Positions 52,201 to 64,000 of a stretch of DNA of 64,000 nt are shown piece after piece. Within the stretch, counting starts at the first letter, position 1. Every line of letters starts with the position of its first letter. The DNA is from Patellaria atrata CBS 101060. Taxonomy: Eukaryota. A program made the position numbers and the translations under genes. Under the pieces are notes generated by a model, which was given only the letters and a program-made list of their open reading frames with translations, was not told where the DNA came from and searched no databases. The stretch is taken from assembly GCA_010093705.1 (NCBI GenBank), contig MU006091.1:372001-436000 (forward strand), given 5' to 3'.

Positions 52201-53498
52201 CTACGTGAGCAAATCTGCCACGTTCATAGGCATCTCATCAATTTGTGTCGAATAGTAAACTGTCAACGTTAGCATTAGGCCTGTAATGTGCTAAAGAAAA
52301 CACGTACGCTCAATATCACGCAAGATCCGAACGTCTTCGCTGGTGACGAAGTTGATGGCCACACCCTTCCTCCCAAAGCGGCCACTACGGCCAATTCTAT
52401 GGATATAGTTCTCACGGTTGCTTGGCAAGTCGTAATTGATGACCAGAGAGACTTGTTGAACATCAATACCGCGGGCCCACACATCCGTGGATATCAATAC
52501 GCGGGAATTTCCCTGACGGAAGTCTTGCATAATGCTATCCCTCTCCTTCTGCGGCATTTCGCCGTGCATGGAGGAAACGGTGAAGTTGGCTTCGCGCATC
52601 TTATCCGTCAACCAGTCCACCTTTCTGCGCGTATTGCAGAAGATGACCGCTTGAGTAATTGTCAACGTATCGTAAAGATCGCATAGGGTGTCGAACTTCC
52701 ATTCCTCTTTCTCAATAGCGATAAAGTATTGTTTAAGGCCTTCTAGGGTTAATTCATCACGCTTGACTAAGATCCTCACAGGATCAGTCATGAACTTGGT
52801 GGTCATATCCAGAACATCGTATGGAAGCGTAGCGGAAACGACTACCACCTGGGTCGCGGGGGGTAGATAGCGATAGACATCATAGATCTGCTCTCTGAAA
52901 CCACGGTTGAGCAGTTCATCGGCCTCATCTAAGACGAGCATCTTGATATTGCGAGTGCGAAGGTTGCGGCGTCTAATCATATCTGCAACACGACCAGGTG
53001 TGCCCGACACTACATGCTGACCATAGTCGAGCTTGCGAATGTCTTCGCCAACATTTGTTCCTCCAATACAAGCATGGCATTGTACGTTCATGTAGTCTCC
53101 AAGTGCCATGACAACCGACTGGATCTGGGTCGCGAGTTCACGTGTGGGTGACAGCACGAGCGCTAGAAGTTCGATGAGCAGATGTACTATAGGCTCTGGA
53201 TATAAGTCTTACCTTGAGTCTCGCGAATTGCGGTGTCGATAACCTGAAGAATGCTGATAGAGAACGTTGCTGTCTTGCCCGTTCCCGACTGAGCTTGCGC
53301 AATGGTATCGCGACCTTTGCAGATTTGAACGATAGCGCGAGATTGGACAGCCGATGGAGACTCATATCCATATGCATAGATGCCACGAAGGAGGTTTTCC
53401 TTCAGATGCATAGCTTCGAACGTCGGAGCGACAGTTACCTCCTTTGAGGTGGAGAATTCCATCCTCTCATCCGCTTTTCTATCGATACCGTCCGCCAT
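52201..53498 (-). CDS. FAL1: DEAD-box RNA helicase eIF4A-III / Fal1
   Basis: [58 protein letters not shown] and [18 protein letters not shown]. Two introns. Confidence 0.97.
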
Positions 53499-53770
53499 CT
53501 TGATGCAGTCAATTTTGTAGTTGGTAAAGTAGTGCTGTATGCTGTGAACTGGGGTTTGTGCTCTGATGTTGTTGGTCGTTTGAACGTGCCTCGAGAAAGC
53601 TCGAAAAAGTTCAAGTTGGGGTAACAGCTTCCGCCGCTCTCTCACTCCCACCACAACCTGATTACTTGCACCTGGACATCTAAGAGTCGCCTTAATTTCG
53701 TGGACATTTAGCTCTCCAAGGGCATATAATTCGTTATACGGAATATACGCGCTTTTGCTCTTTTATCGTC

Positions 53771-55343
53771 ATGATCTTGGAGGAGCAGAGGCTTCTACAT
53801 GAAGACCTGGAAAGGTTAGAGCAAGCTATAGCAGATCGCGTTCTTGAGGAACCCAAACAGGTGTGTTCAAAGGGTGCAGATACGGAATTATCTAACTAAT
53901 TATCGGTTTCTATAGATTCGAGATAGATTGTACCGTGATCATCAAATCGCGAACTTCCTAGACCGTTTCGAGAGCCAATCCACTCGGTTACTTGAGATAT
54001 ACAAAGATGAGGATGGGGAGCGGACCAAAGAAATACAATCTATCTCTACTGGCGACCAATTCGAAGAGTTCTATAAGCAACTCCATTCCATCAAGGATTT
54101 TCACCGTCGATACCCAAATGAACCTGTTGAGAACTTAGAACGCGCATACAAGAAGCGTCCACCAGGAGAGAACTCGGCATTTTCCATGGATTTTGATGGA
54201 ATTTTCACTGGAGAAGAAGGATACGGTCGATTTTTTGATCTTACCACACACCATGAGACTTACCTCAATCTTCCAGGCGTGAAAGGTGCCCGAAGGATAG
54301 GATATATGCAATACTTAGACCAATTCGACATTTTCACGCCACCGCAATGTCCAATAAAGAGGCCGGATAAGTTGACAGATGAGTACTTCCAATACCTAGG
54401 ATCTCTCGTAAACTATCTGCAAGAGTTCCTTAAGAAAGTGAGGCCACTAGAAAATCTTCCAAGGCTATTCGCGACATTTGACGAGGATTTCCGGATAGCA
54501 TGGGAACACAATGAGGTCGATGGTTGGGGAGCAGCTGCACCAAGCAACGATCCTGATATCCCTATGACGGAGGGAATAGGGGAAGGGATCTGGTGTCGTG
54601 ATTGCGAGAAGGAGTTCAAGAATGACAATGTGTACAAAGCACATCTCACAGGGAAAAAGCACATGAAGAATGCTGAAGCAAAGAAAGTTAAACCAGACTT
54701 CCCGGCGACAAATGGCTCAACACCACATTCTGGCTCCAAAGATCTCAAGAAGACAAAGGAGCGTGCTGTTGCAGAAAGAGAATTCAGGATTAAGAAGTTG
54801 ACTTCAGTCATGCAAACCGAGCGTGCTGACACAAAGAGCAACATAGAACGTAAAGCAGGCATGACCGAACGAGAGCGACAACTGGAGATTCAAGCATTGT
54901 ACGCGGAATCACAGGAACCTATGGGACCAACGGAAGAAGACAAGGACGCCAATGGCGAAGAAAAGATCTATAACCCCTTGAAGCTCCCATTGGCATGGGA
55001 TGGCAAACCAATTCCGTTCTGGCTCTACAAACTCCATGGTTTAGGTGTTGAACTTCCCTGCGAGATATGTGGTAACTTCGTATACATGGGTCGCCGTGCT
55101 TTTGAGAAACACTTTAACGAAGCTCGTCATGTGTATGGCCTAAAGTGCTTAGGCATAACCAACACATCCCTATTCCGTGAGATAACGGGCATCGAGGAAG
55201 CATTGAAACTATGGGACAAAATCCAGCGGGACAAGAAGCAAGAAAAGGCTTCGAATGATAATATTGTACAGATGGAGGATGCAGAAGGGAATGTCATGCC
55301 AGAGAAGGTGTACTACGATCTACAAAAGCAAGGATTGCTATGA
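53771..55343 (+). CDS. PRP9: U2 snRNP SF3a subunit 3 (Prp9/Sap61/SF3a60)
   Basis: MILEEQRLLHEDLERLEQAI; FTGEEGYGRFFDL; zinc finger C..C...HLTGKKH; YNPLKLPLAWDGKPIPFWLYKLHGL; CEICGN..Y.GRRAFEKHF; EDAEGNVMPEKVYYDLQKQGLL*. One intron. Confidence 0.96.
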
Positions 55344-55984
55344 TGCGCTCTTTGGTTTCGGGTTCTACCACTTGCTTTGGCACATACGACTATATTACGA
55401 CCGTGCGCTCGCAAGGCGGCTGGTCGAACGGAATAGGGTCGGGTAAAATCATAATCATTATTATCTTTAAGGGTACGTACTTGACAGACATAAACTGTCA
55501 AAGCTAAGATTGGTAGTGCAATGTTTGATTCTCTTTGATAGAGCATATACGCCGAGCTGATAACTTCGTAGTGATTGTACTGTACAATATCTGATCAATT
55601 TGGCTCATATACCTTTGAACCCTTTCAGAGTGTACGTGTAAGATTATCTCCTTTTTTGGTCTACTTATGGGAGCCTTCGGCACGTGACCTGGTGCCAGAT
55701 GCGTGTCTAGAACGCGTTCCTTCTAGGCAACCGAATATGTGAATTGACAAAATATTCAATTGTTTACAACTCAAAAATCTTGCCTGATATTCTGTGGTAA
55801 TCATATTTGCTCAAACCCTTGCAAATCGTGTATTTATACTCCTGATAGTTTCTCCCACTCAGACGGTACTGTCCTAACTTCGCGAGGTCGACACTGTTCT
55901 ACTACCGTATATGATTACTGTTCACTCACCGGCGCACCGTTCAAAGTTCCTTCAAGACCAGCTATACAGTAAAACATTTAGAGA

Positions 55985-56890
55985 ATGGACACAATCTTGA
56001 ACCCCACCGCTAACTCGCCTACCACTTGCGTGGCAATGCACCGCGTCATTTACACTGCTGAACTCCTCGAACTCATCCTCGTCCACCTGGACCCGCATAC
56101 CCTCTTCCACAGCACTCTCGTCTCACGCACCTTCCACGCCGTCATCATGCGCTCCACTCACCTCCAGCAACTCCTCTTCCTGCAGCCACCCATCAACCTC
56201 ACCATCCCCGAACCCATGTTCGCAAACGAATGGCCCCTGCTCGACATAAAAATCAACCCCCTCCTCCTGACCAACTTCCCACACTTCCTCACCTGCTGGG
56301 AGCACGATTACCGATTACCTGAAATAGTAGAATGGGATGCAGATCCACCCCCCGAATTTGATCCACTGCCCGAGTGGGACCCGCCTCTAGATCCTTACCC
56401 GTGTACTGCTGAGAAGTTTCTCTGGTTGCCTGTTTCGAAGAAGGGGTCTCTAGGTGTGTTGACGAGGAGGGAGGCGAGTTGGAGACGGATGCAGGTGGTG
56501 AGTCCGCCGGTGACGAGGCTTATAGTTGAGAAGTTTTATTGGGGGTGTTTTGGCCGGAGAAGGGAGACTGCAGAGCGGGACTTCTCGCTTTCTGGTCCAG
56601 GAGAAAAAGGAGGGTTGACGATGGGGACGTTTTATGATCTGGTCTTTGAAATGGTGGCGCCGGTGGCCTTTAGGCCGACGTGGGAGACGCGGATATTCTG
56701 GAAGAAGAATGGGGAGGACGAGTGGGAGATTACGATGAAATTGAACTTCGAGTACTTTCTGAGCGGTCGCGTTTTTGGTCCGGTCAAGACGGCGGCGCGG
56801 ATAGCGGAGTATAAGAGTAAGGGCTATGAGATGGTGGAGATGGGGGAGTGGAGGGAGGAGGGAAGTGATTTAGAAGACATGTATGATTGA
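55985..56890 (+). CDS. F-box domain protein
   Basis: N-terminal VIYTAELLELILVHLDPHTLFHSTLVSRTFHAVIMRSTHLQQLLFL and a downstream EASWRRMQVVSPP motif typical of expanded fungal F-box families. Intronless. Confidence 0.85.
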   Translation: MDTILNPTANSPTTCVAMHRVIYTAELLELILVHLDPHTLFHSTLVSRTFHAVIMRSTHLQQLLFLQPPINLTIPEPMFANEWPLLDIKINPLLLTNFPHFLTCWEHDYRLPEIVEWDADPPPEFDPLPEWDPPLDPYPCTAEKFLWLPVSKKGSLGVLTRREASWRRMQVVSPPVTRLIVEKFYWGCFGRRRETAERDFSLSGPGEKGGLTMGTFYDLVFEMVAPVAFRPTWETRIFWKKNGEDEWEITMKLNFEYFLSGRVFGPVKTAARIAEYKSKGYEMVEMGEWREEGSDLEDMYD

Positions 56891-56955
56891 GAGGAAAGAA
56901 TGACATTGAGCTCCTGGAAAATGGACAGATTTTACATGTTTACTTGGAGGGCTTG

Positions 56956-58745
56956 CTAAATGTACTTGTATGGATTCATGATACCATTCTATTTCGAGGT
57001 GAGTAGTGGTCTAGTGGAACAAGGGAATAGCATCTCTGAGTGGAAACGTACCGGATCATACAAATCTTTGATCTGCTTCATGAGCTTGATCATAGTCTCA
57101 GTGCGACTATAGCCAATGAAGTCCTTCTTCGCAATACCTAAACCATGTTCCGCACTGATGCTACCATTCCTCTTCGCAACCCACTCATAGACAAACGGTT
57201 CCAGCTCTTTCTCAACCGCTTTATCGAATCTTCTGGTGGGAATGTTTAGGTGGAGGTTTGAATCTCCCATATGACCATACCCTACAACATCGACGACGGG
57301 ATAAGAGTCGTCGTCTCCTACAAGCCCGGCTTTTGTGAGTTTTTCTCGGGTATCGTCAACCAGAGTATAAAGCTCCTTGATCGGTATGGAGAGATCGTAT
57401 TTGTATACACCACCCCAGTGACTTAGCGTCTCCGGAACTCCTTCACGACAGGCCCAGAGCTCGTTGATTTGCGTCTTGTCTTGGGCGAGTACACCGTCTG
57501 AAACGATTTCCTGCTCCATTACATACTCCAAGAACTTTTCAAGTTTCTCACCGTCGTGATCGGTGTTTGAACCACTGGTCTCTATTAGACAGTAGAACGG
57601 ATGTTCACCTTCAATAGGCAGTTTACTCTCTTTTACTATGCTCAGTAGTCTCTGAGACCGTCCATCCATCAGCTCGAATGCTGATAGAATTTCGGAAAGT
57701 TGATTCTTCGCTTCCACGAAAGCTTGCTGCACCTTCTCAAAACTTTCGAGACCGAAGTAGGCAACATTTTGGGCTTGCGATCGCTGGGGGCAGAATATGG
57801 ATATACCGGTGATGATACCGATTGTACCCTCGCCGCCTATAAATAGCTGTTTGAGATCATAACCAGTGTTGTTTTTCCGTAACTTCGACAGATCGTTCAT
57901 CACAGTACCATCTGGCAGAACAGCTTCGATCCCCAGAACGTTTCCATGAAGACTACCATACCGAAGTAACCGTAGTCCTCCCGCGTTTGTCGCAACATTA
58001 CCTCCAATTTGACACGAGCCTTTCGCACCCAGGTCTAATGGGAATATATGATTTTTCTCTGCTAGAAAATTATCAGCCACTTCTAATATTACGCCGGCAT
58101 CAGCAACCAGTACGCCCGACACTTCATCAAACGACCGTATATTGTTCATTCGCTGGAGGTTTATGACAATCTCATCGAAAACCGGCACAGATCCCCCAAC
58201 GAGGCCAGTATTGCCGCCTTGGGGAACGACCGCTAGTCGATTATCGTTACAGTACTTTAATATTTTGCTCACTTGCTCAGTCGATTTCGGTTTTAGAACC
58301 ACTTTGGCGTGGCCGCGGTATTTTCGCATCCAATCACTATTGAACGGTTCTAAATCCTCGGTAGCATCTTGCGACAATCCATCTATGACAGCGGATTCAG
58401 CGCCTAGTAGTTCCTTGAAGTATTTAACATGTTCATCTTTTAGCCCGCCAAAACTTGAGTCTCGTTTGATCTCTGGATACCTTAGGAGACATCAGCGATA
58501 TTAAGGTATTGAAGATGTGGAGTGATATACGAGTCGGTCGTGTATTTTATGGTTTTAGCAGACGACTTTAGCCCTTTGACTCCCCCAGCGCTATCGGGTT
58601 GACGGGGCTCTGTTGTCGCCGATGTATTGGCCGTCCATCTGATCTGTACAGCTGGTTGAAAGCTTCTTGAAGCGCGTTTATAAAGAGAAGAGGAGCATCG
58701 TGTTCTGCGCAGAATTGGCGCAATAACTCCGGATGAAGATGCCAT
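56956..58745 (-). CDS. DLD2: Mitochondrial D-2-hydroxyglutarate / D-lactate dehydrogenase (FAD-linked)
   Basis: Arg/Ser-rich presequence; PQGGNTGLVGGSVPVFDE; PLDLGAKGSCQIGGNVATNAGG; LRKNNTGYDLKQLFIGGEGT; GHMGDSNLHLN; GSISAEHGLG; YDP|NGIMNPYKYI*. Confidence 0.94.
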
Positions 58746-59121
58746 TGATGACTGACAGCAAACGAAGAGAATCGGTAGAAATCACAAAGGCATATATAAA
58801 CAGAATAGAAGAGGAAAAAGGGGTAGTTAGTCGAGAATAGGGAAAATGGGGGGTTTTGTGTAAAAGATTGATAAAAGCGTCATTACGGTATGCACACCTC
58901 ATCTTCTCGTCTCATTACTTAGTGGTCAGAGCTTCCTCCAAACCTTGGCGTTTTTATCGCGGAGGCAGAAAGCTGCGTCGTGTTGTTGCACCTCATTGGT
59001 AATTTCTCAGCTAGAACTAAACAACCACTCTCTACTTTCTAAACATTCATTGCTCCGCCTAGGACGATCTGTGCCTCTACTCTACTCCAACATCAGCCAG
59101 TCTTTAAAGAGACCGCTCCAC

Positions 59122-60107
59122 ATGGCTTCAGGATACGATCGTGCCTTGTCCGGTAAGCTTTCGTTCTACTTCAGCACTAGATGCTACATTGCACCTAACA
59201 TAGATGGTTCGATATAGTCTTCAGTCCGGATGGGCACGTCTTCCAGGTCGAATATGCTCTCGAAGCTGTAAAACGAGGTTAGAGCTTTACGAAATAACAT
59301 ATCCTATCGGAATACCACTGACCACACCTCCAGGTACTTGCGCGGTGGGAGTTAAGGGTAAAGACATAGTTGTTCTAGGATGTGAAAAACGGTCAGCTAT
59401 GAAGCTTCAAGACACTCGAATTACTCCCTCCAAGATCTGTCTCGTCGACACCCACGTCTCCCTTGCTTTTGCTGGCCTCAATGCCGATGCACGTATCCTT
59501 GTAGACAAGGCGCGGCTAGAAGCACAATCGCATAAGCTCACAGTGGAAGATCCCGTATCGATAGAGTACATTACAAAATATGTTGCTGGCGTGCAACAGA
59601 AGTACACTCAGAGCGGTGGTGTAAGGCCCTTCGGTATTAGCACGTTGATCGTGGGTTTTGACCCGAATGACAAGACACCAAGACTGTACCAGACCGAGCC
59701 ATCTGGTATCTACTCAGCATGGTGATACTCCCCTCTTCATAGCAAACATTTCATGGCTGACTTACGCTTGCAGGAAAGCAAATGCAATCGGACGTTCAAG
59801 TAAGACTGTACGGGAGTTCCTGGAGCGGAATCACAAGGCAGATATGGACAGAGAAGAGACCATCAAGCTTACGGTGAAGTCTCTTTTGGAGGTTGTACAA
59901 ACTGGTGCCAAGAATATCGAAATCTCGGTCATGGCACCGGGCAAGCCGATGGAAATACTACCAGTGGAGGACATTGAGAAGTATGTTGAGAGCATAAATA
60001 CAGAGAAGCAGGAAGAAGCAGCAACTAGGCGGGGAGGACGTACGCCCGGAACAGGTACAGCGGCTATCTTAACCAGACCGGCAGATGATGGACCAAGCGC
60101 ATCGTGA
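59122..60107 (+). CDS. PRE6: 20S proteasome alpha-4 subunit
   Basis: [37 protein letters not shown]...[10 protein letters not shown]...[11 protein letters not shown]...[17 protein letters not shown]. Three introns. Confidence 0.96.
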
Positions 60108-60334
60108 AAAGTTTGAGGTCTAGCACCGGAATTAGGTTCATAGAGGTAATTTGGAGCAACCATGGTAAGGTTTAACCTCTCTTGCACAGCGAAGGTCTAC
60201 CTCGTCTTTTATCTTTGTATGTGAGCTCCACGATTGCGAGTACTCAGCGATGGACAACTCTACATTTGCACACCTAACTCCAAGATAATGCCGCTAAATA
60301 ATCCTACCAGAAATACTCTCAGTAACTTTTACGA

Positions 60335-60815
60335 TCATCCTAGACGATCGGCGGCATCTTTGACATTAAATATTGATCTTTCTTCTTCTCCCTTGACGCG
60401 ATCATCTTTCAGCATCCTAGAGTCTATCCGCACGTCCTCTCCTTCCACCTGTATACTTGGTTTCGGCGTGAGTGCATCGATTACAAAGTGATTATCGCAG
60501 TGAGGGCAATATTCGTCTCTAGTAGTATAAACCATAAGTCTGGTGGATAATCAGAGCGAATTTGTAATGCTTACGATTCTTCAAACTCTTCAGCATCTTT
60601 CCTGAAACACTTCTTGCACTTCTTGCAGGCGAAGGTCATATCGTTGCGCTTGACCAGCGGATGGTTCTCGGATTCCTGGTGGCACTCTGCGCAATCGAAC
60701 CATTTACGGCAGCAGGGAGATCGGATGGCGACTTGAGCGTTGAGAACGTGTTTACTGATTAGGGGACAAATTTAATGGAGAGATTGTAGTATATACGAAT
60801 TATTACCTACCACAT
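60335..60815 (-). CDS. Small CHY zinc-finger protein
   Basis: MC|KHVLNAQVAIRSPCCRKWFDCAECH...H...FACKKCKKCFRKD...|DEYCPHCDNHFVI. Two introns. Confidence 0.88.
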
Positions 60816-61483
60816 ATTGTTGAAGTGATTCTTCGCTGGCTCTGTTGAGACAATATTCTGTATAATCCTAAGACCACTAAGGTAGGGTACGAGGTGTTGT
60901 TAGACTGCTGTAAAAACTAGCCACAAGTAGTGGGGAATTATTGCCCTGTCCTGGTGCCCTGGCCACCATCTCAACCTGCAGGTCCCTGACGGAGGTCTTG
61001 AGTCGGGTGTGGGTGGCTTGCACGCCTGAGCCACCAAACCTAGGGCACATTGAGCGTTGGAATCTGGGGATTCTGTCACCCACCTTCCCCTCCAAATCTA
61101 TTCTCTATCGAAAAGATCGACTCTAGTAAGTATTCAGGATCACTATCTTTAATCGGACCAGCTGCATATATCTCGAGATGACTCTATGTGAAACCACTTA
61201 GACTGAGACTGCAAGCCAATTCTTCGTTGAAGCTTCAGGACCTGAGACCCTTGATTATCACCCCCCTCTACGGGACTTTGCTTTGTCCACGCGTAAATCA
61301 AGCTCGTGAACGATCTTTAACAGTGAAACCCAAGAGTAGATACCTCTCCAGGTACAAGGTCTTACAGCATCTAAACTTGCGCATCCGTCTCCCACGAACA
61401 TACATACATATGGCCAGGTCGTCCCGGAGGGGTTATAAGAGCTCTTCAAACAGAGTATTTACACACGCATACTGCGCTTCAAC

Positions 61484-64000
61484 ATGGAAAATTCTCCAGA
61501 AGAAAGCACGGATGGCTCATCCATTGTATGTTTAAAGTTCAACATCCCGCGTAGACATCGCTGACCTACCCGCTTTACAGAGGCCAGTATCCTCCCTTCG
61601 GAGCCACTTCGAGAATATGCTAAACGCAAAACCAACAACTCCCATACCCTCAAATTCAAATTCAAACTCCAGGAATATATCTCCCAGTCGTTCTATCCGC
61701 CAAGGACAATCTGAAGACTCAATAGTGCGTTTGGATGGACGGATATCGCTCGATATACCACGGCCAGGGTCGTTGCGAACTTCTCCGTCACACCTCGCCG
61801 AGAGCCCAGTTCCAAAAACGCCTGACGGAAGGTCAACACTCACCCCCTTTACACATACAAACGGTTCTAGAGCCAGACCGATATCTATGGGGCCCCTTTC
61901 TGACCCAAGATCTCCCCCTTTGGTGACAGTACAAGCTCCGCTATCACCCCCGAAAACTCAAGACCCCAGATTACACACTCCTACGCCTTCCCGTAAATCT
62001 TCGATTACTCCTATAGATACCGCTATATCAAGATCTGGATCTCCACAGGCAAGTCCCGCCCGGCATTTTAGGATACCCAGCGGCACAAGTACACCAAGTA
62101 TCGAAGCTCGTCAAACTCCGTATCTGCAGTCTACAACCCCATCTACAAGTTTTCCCGAACCTCGAAAGATTCCAGGACTAGACCGAGAGCCCATGAACCG
62201 TCCATCGCAACATGCGGTTGCAGTCCCTCCACCTATCAATCGTGCCGGTAAGCCCAAGATATCGAATAAAGGCCCATCACCGTCCTCAACAAAGATAACT
62301 GGCGGTAGTCTAATTCCAGAGAGGAGCAACGGCCAAACAGAGGACAGAGTTTCACCATTCAGCACACCACCAAGCAGCGATGAGGACTTCCGTAACATGA
62401 AACCTACACCACCTTCAATTCATGATCAGCTAAAACCCAAACCGATTACGACGGCAAACCTGAAGCAAGAGAGCTATTTTGCACCACCTCCTGTGCATCA
62501 TAGTGTGGCTGAGAAGCGAAATGAGCAGAGTAGCTATTTTCCGGCGAACGATGTGCAATTTCCTCCACCTCCTAAGCAAATTGCTAGTCTAAGATCAATG
62601 GACAGCAGTGACCTACCTAGTGATCGGCCTGGCCTGCCACCAAGGCGCGACGCCCCAGTAGGTGGTGTAAGGCCGCCCAAGCAGCCCCCCGATCCCCCCC
62701 CCCCAAGAAGATCCATGGATGTCGTGCGACCAATGATTCCTGCTTCTGAACCTACCTCGAAGATGATGCCGCCTCCAAGAAGAACTCAAACATTAAATGC
62801 ACAGGTTTCAGCTGCGAGCTCCCCAGTTCTCTCTTCAGCCAAGTCATATTCAAGAGTATCGAGCGAAATGAGTCAAGAGCCATATCAGAGAGAACCGACG
62901 AACTGGGATGAAAATGATTCGGATGATGAAGAGCCTCCATCAGACAAGTCCGTGCCCGCTTTGACTGATTATCCGGATTCGTCGCAGGCAAATAGAAGAC
63001 CCCCACTCTTCAAGGCAAAACTGCACGAGATAGCAACAAAGTACGACACCAAACTTTTCGCGGTATGCGGCGAGTACGTGTGTACCAGTGGTTTTGTCAC
63101 CAGGGTATGGAGCTTATTAACAGGCGAACTCTTGATGAGCAGCAGTCATGGAGATACGGTAAAAGTGACAGCTATTGCTTTCAGGCCAGCTCGCGATGTG
63201 TCCGAGGAAGGGAATAGAATATGGCTGGGAACAAATCTAGGTGAGATTCATGAAATCGACATCCCCACTCAAAGCACCATCGTGACGAGAGGGAATGCAC
63301 ATACGAGACGAGAAATACTCAAGATCTACCGCCATGCATCTGAAATGTGGTCCTTGGATGATGAAGGGAAATTACTAGTTTGGCCCCCGGATGAGACGGG
63401 GTCACCCAATCTTCAAGTAGCACCGTATACATCTCGAGTCCCGAGAGGACATACTTTCTCCATAGTGGCTGGCGGGAAATTGTGGATAGCCACCGGAAAG
63501 GAGATTCGGATCTTCCAGCGCAGTGGAGAATCACAGATCTTTTTTCCAGTCCTTGAAAAGAGTCTCGTGCAGCCTAATGTTGGCGATGTCACATCCGGGG
63601 CGATTATTAGTTCGCAATCTGACCGCATCTACTTTGGACATACCGACGGCAAAGTTACGATCTATTCCCGGAAGGACTACACTTGTCTCGGCGTCACAAA
63701 TGTAAGCCTTTACAAGATCAGTTCTCTCGTGGGAGCTGGTGACTATCTCTGGGCTGCGTATAATACTGGAATGATGTATGTGTACGATACTAGCAGCGTA
63801 CCGTGGAAGGTGAAGAAGGACTGGAGGGCCCATGAGGTTACAATAGCTGGATTGGTTGCAGATCGTTCAAGTATATGGAAGCTTGACCGCTTCCAAGTGC
63901 TTTCGCTCGGCACAGATAATTATATAAGAATATGGGACGGAATGTTGAAAGAGGATTGGCTTGGTATGGACCGTAACCGCCTTGAGCAAGCCCGCGCTAA
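61484..64000 (+). CDS. Inositol polyphosphate 5-phosphatase-type protein (Pro-rich N-terminus plus WD40-like repeats); the catalytic domain is expected beyond the window
   Basis: Exon 1 MENSPEESTDGSSI; intron 61526-61580; RPVSSLRSHFE; a long Pro/Ser region; YPDSSQANRRPP; beta-propeller repeats (IWLGTNLGEIHEID, IYFGHTDGKVTIY, WKVKKDWRAH, IRIWDGML). An intron donor follows at about 63964. The phosphatase call rests on family architecture. Confidence 0.8.

Overview
Eukaryotic, intron-rich DNA from a filamentous ascomycete (Pezizomycotina; a Dothideomycete is plausible but not established). Introns are short GT-AG with CTRAY branch points, so the ORF track fragments most genes. I reconstructed 23 intact genes by hand: an expansin/RlpA-like GPI-type wall protein (cut by the left edge), a peroxisomal nitronate-monooxygenase-family enzyme, a Zn2Cys6 transcription factor, PhoD phosphatase, QTRT2, thymidylate kinase, SLX1, a KDM5/Lid2 demethylase, a long coiled-coil protein, a 1.2-kaa Ser/Pro-rich membrane protein, LOT5/ICln, two hypothetical proteins, NOB1, NOP10, LCL2, FAL1, PRP9/SAP61, an F-box protein, DLD2, PRE6, a CHY zinc finger and a WD40 inositol 5-phosphatase (cut by the right edge). 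Decayed CorA-like and APH/kinase-like genes and weaker relics lie between them. I found no tRNA, rRNA, CRISPR array or intact transposon. The most unusual items are: (1) a NOP10 whose last intron switches between a normal 61-aa protein and a 150-aa protein with a Cbf5/Nop58-like KKE/D tail; (2) a transcription factor with two tandem Zn2Cys6 clusters; (3) a ~1.5-kb hairpin-dense non-coding segment between LCL2 and FAL1, a candidate long structured RNA; (4) a densely structured intron in the KDM5 gene; (5) a recurring C-rich to G-rich strand flip at ORF 3' ends. All gene models and RNA pairings were made by eye, with no database search or folding computation.
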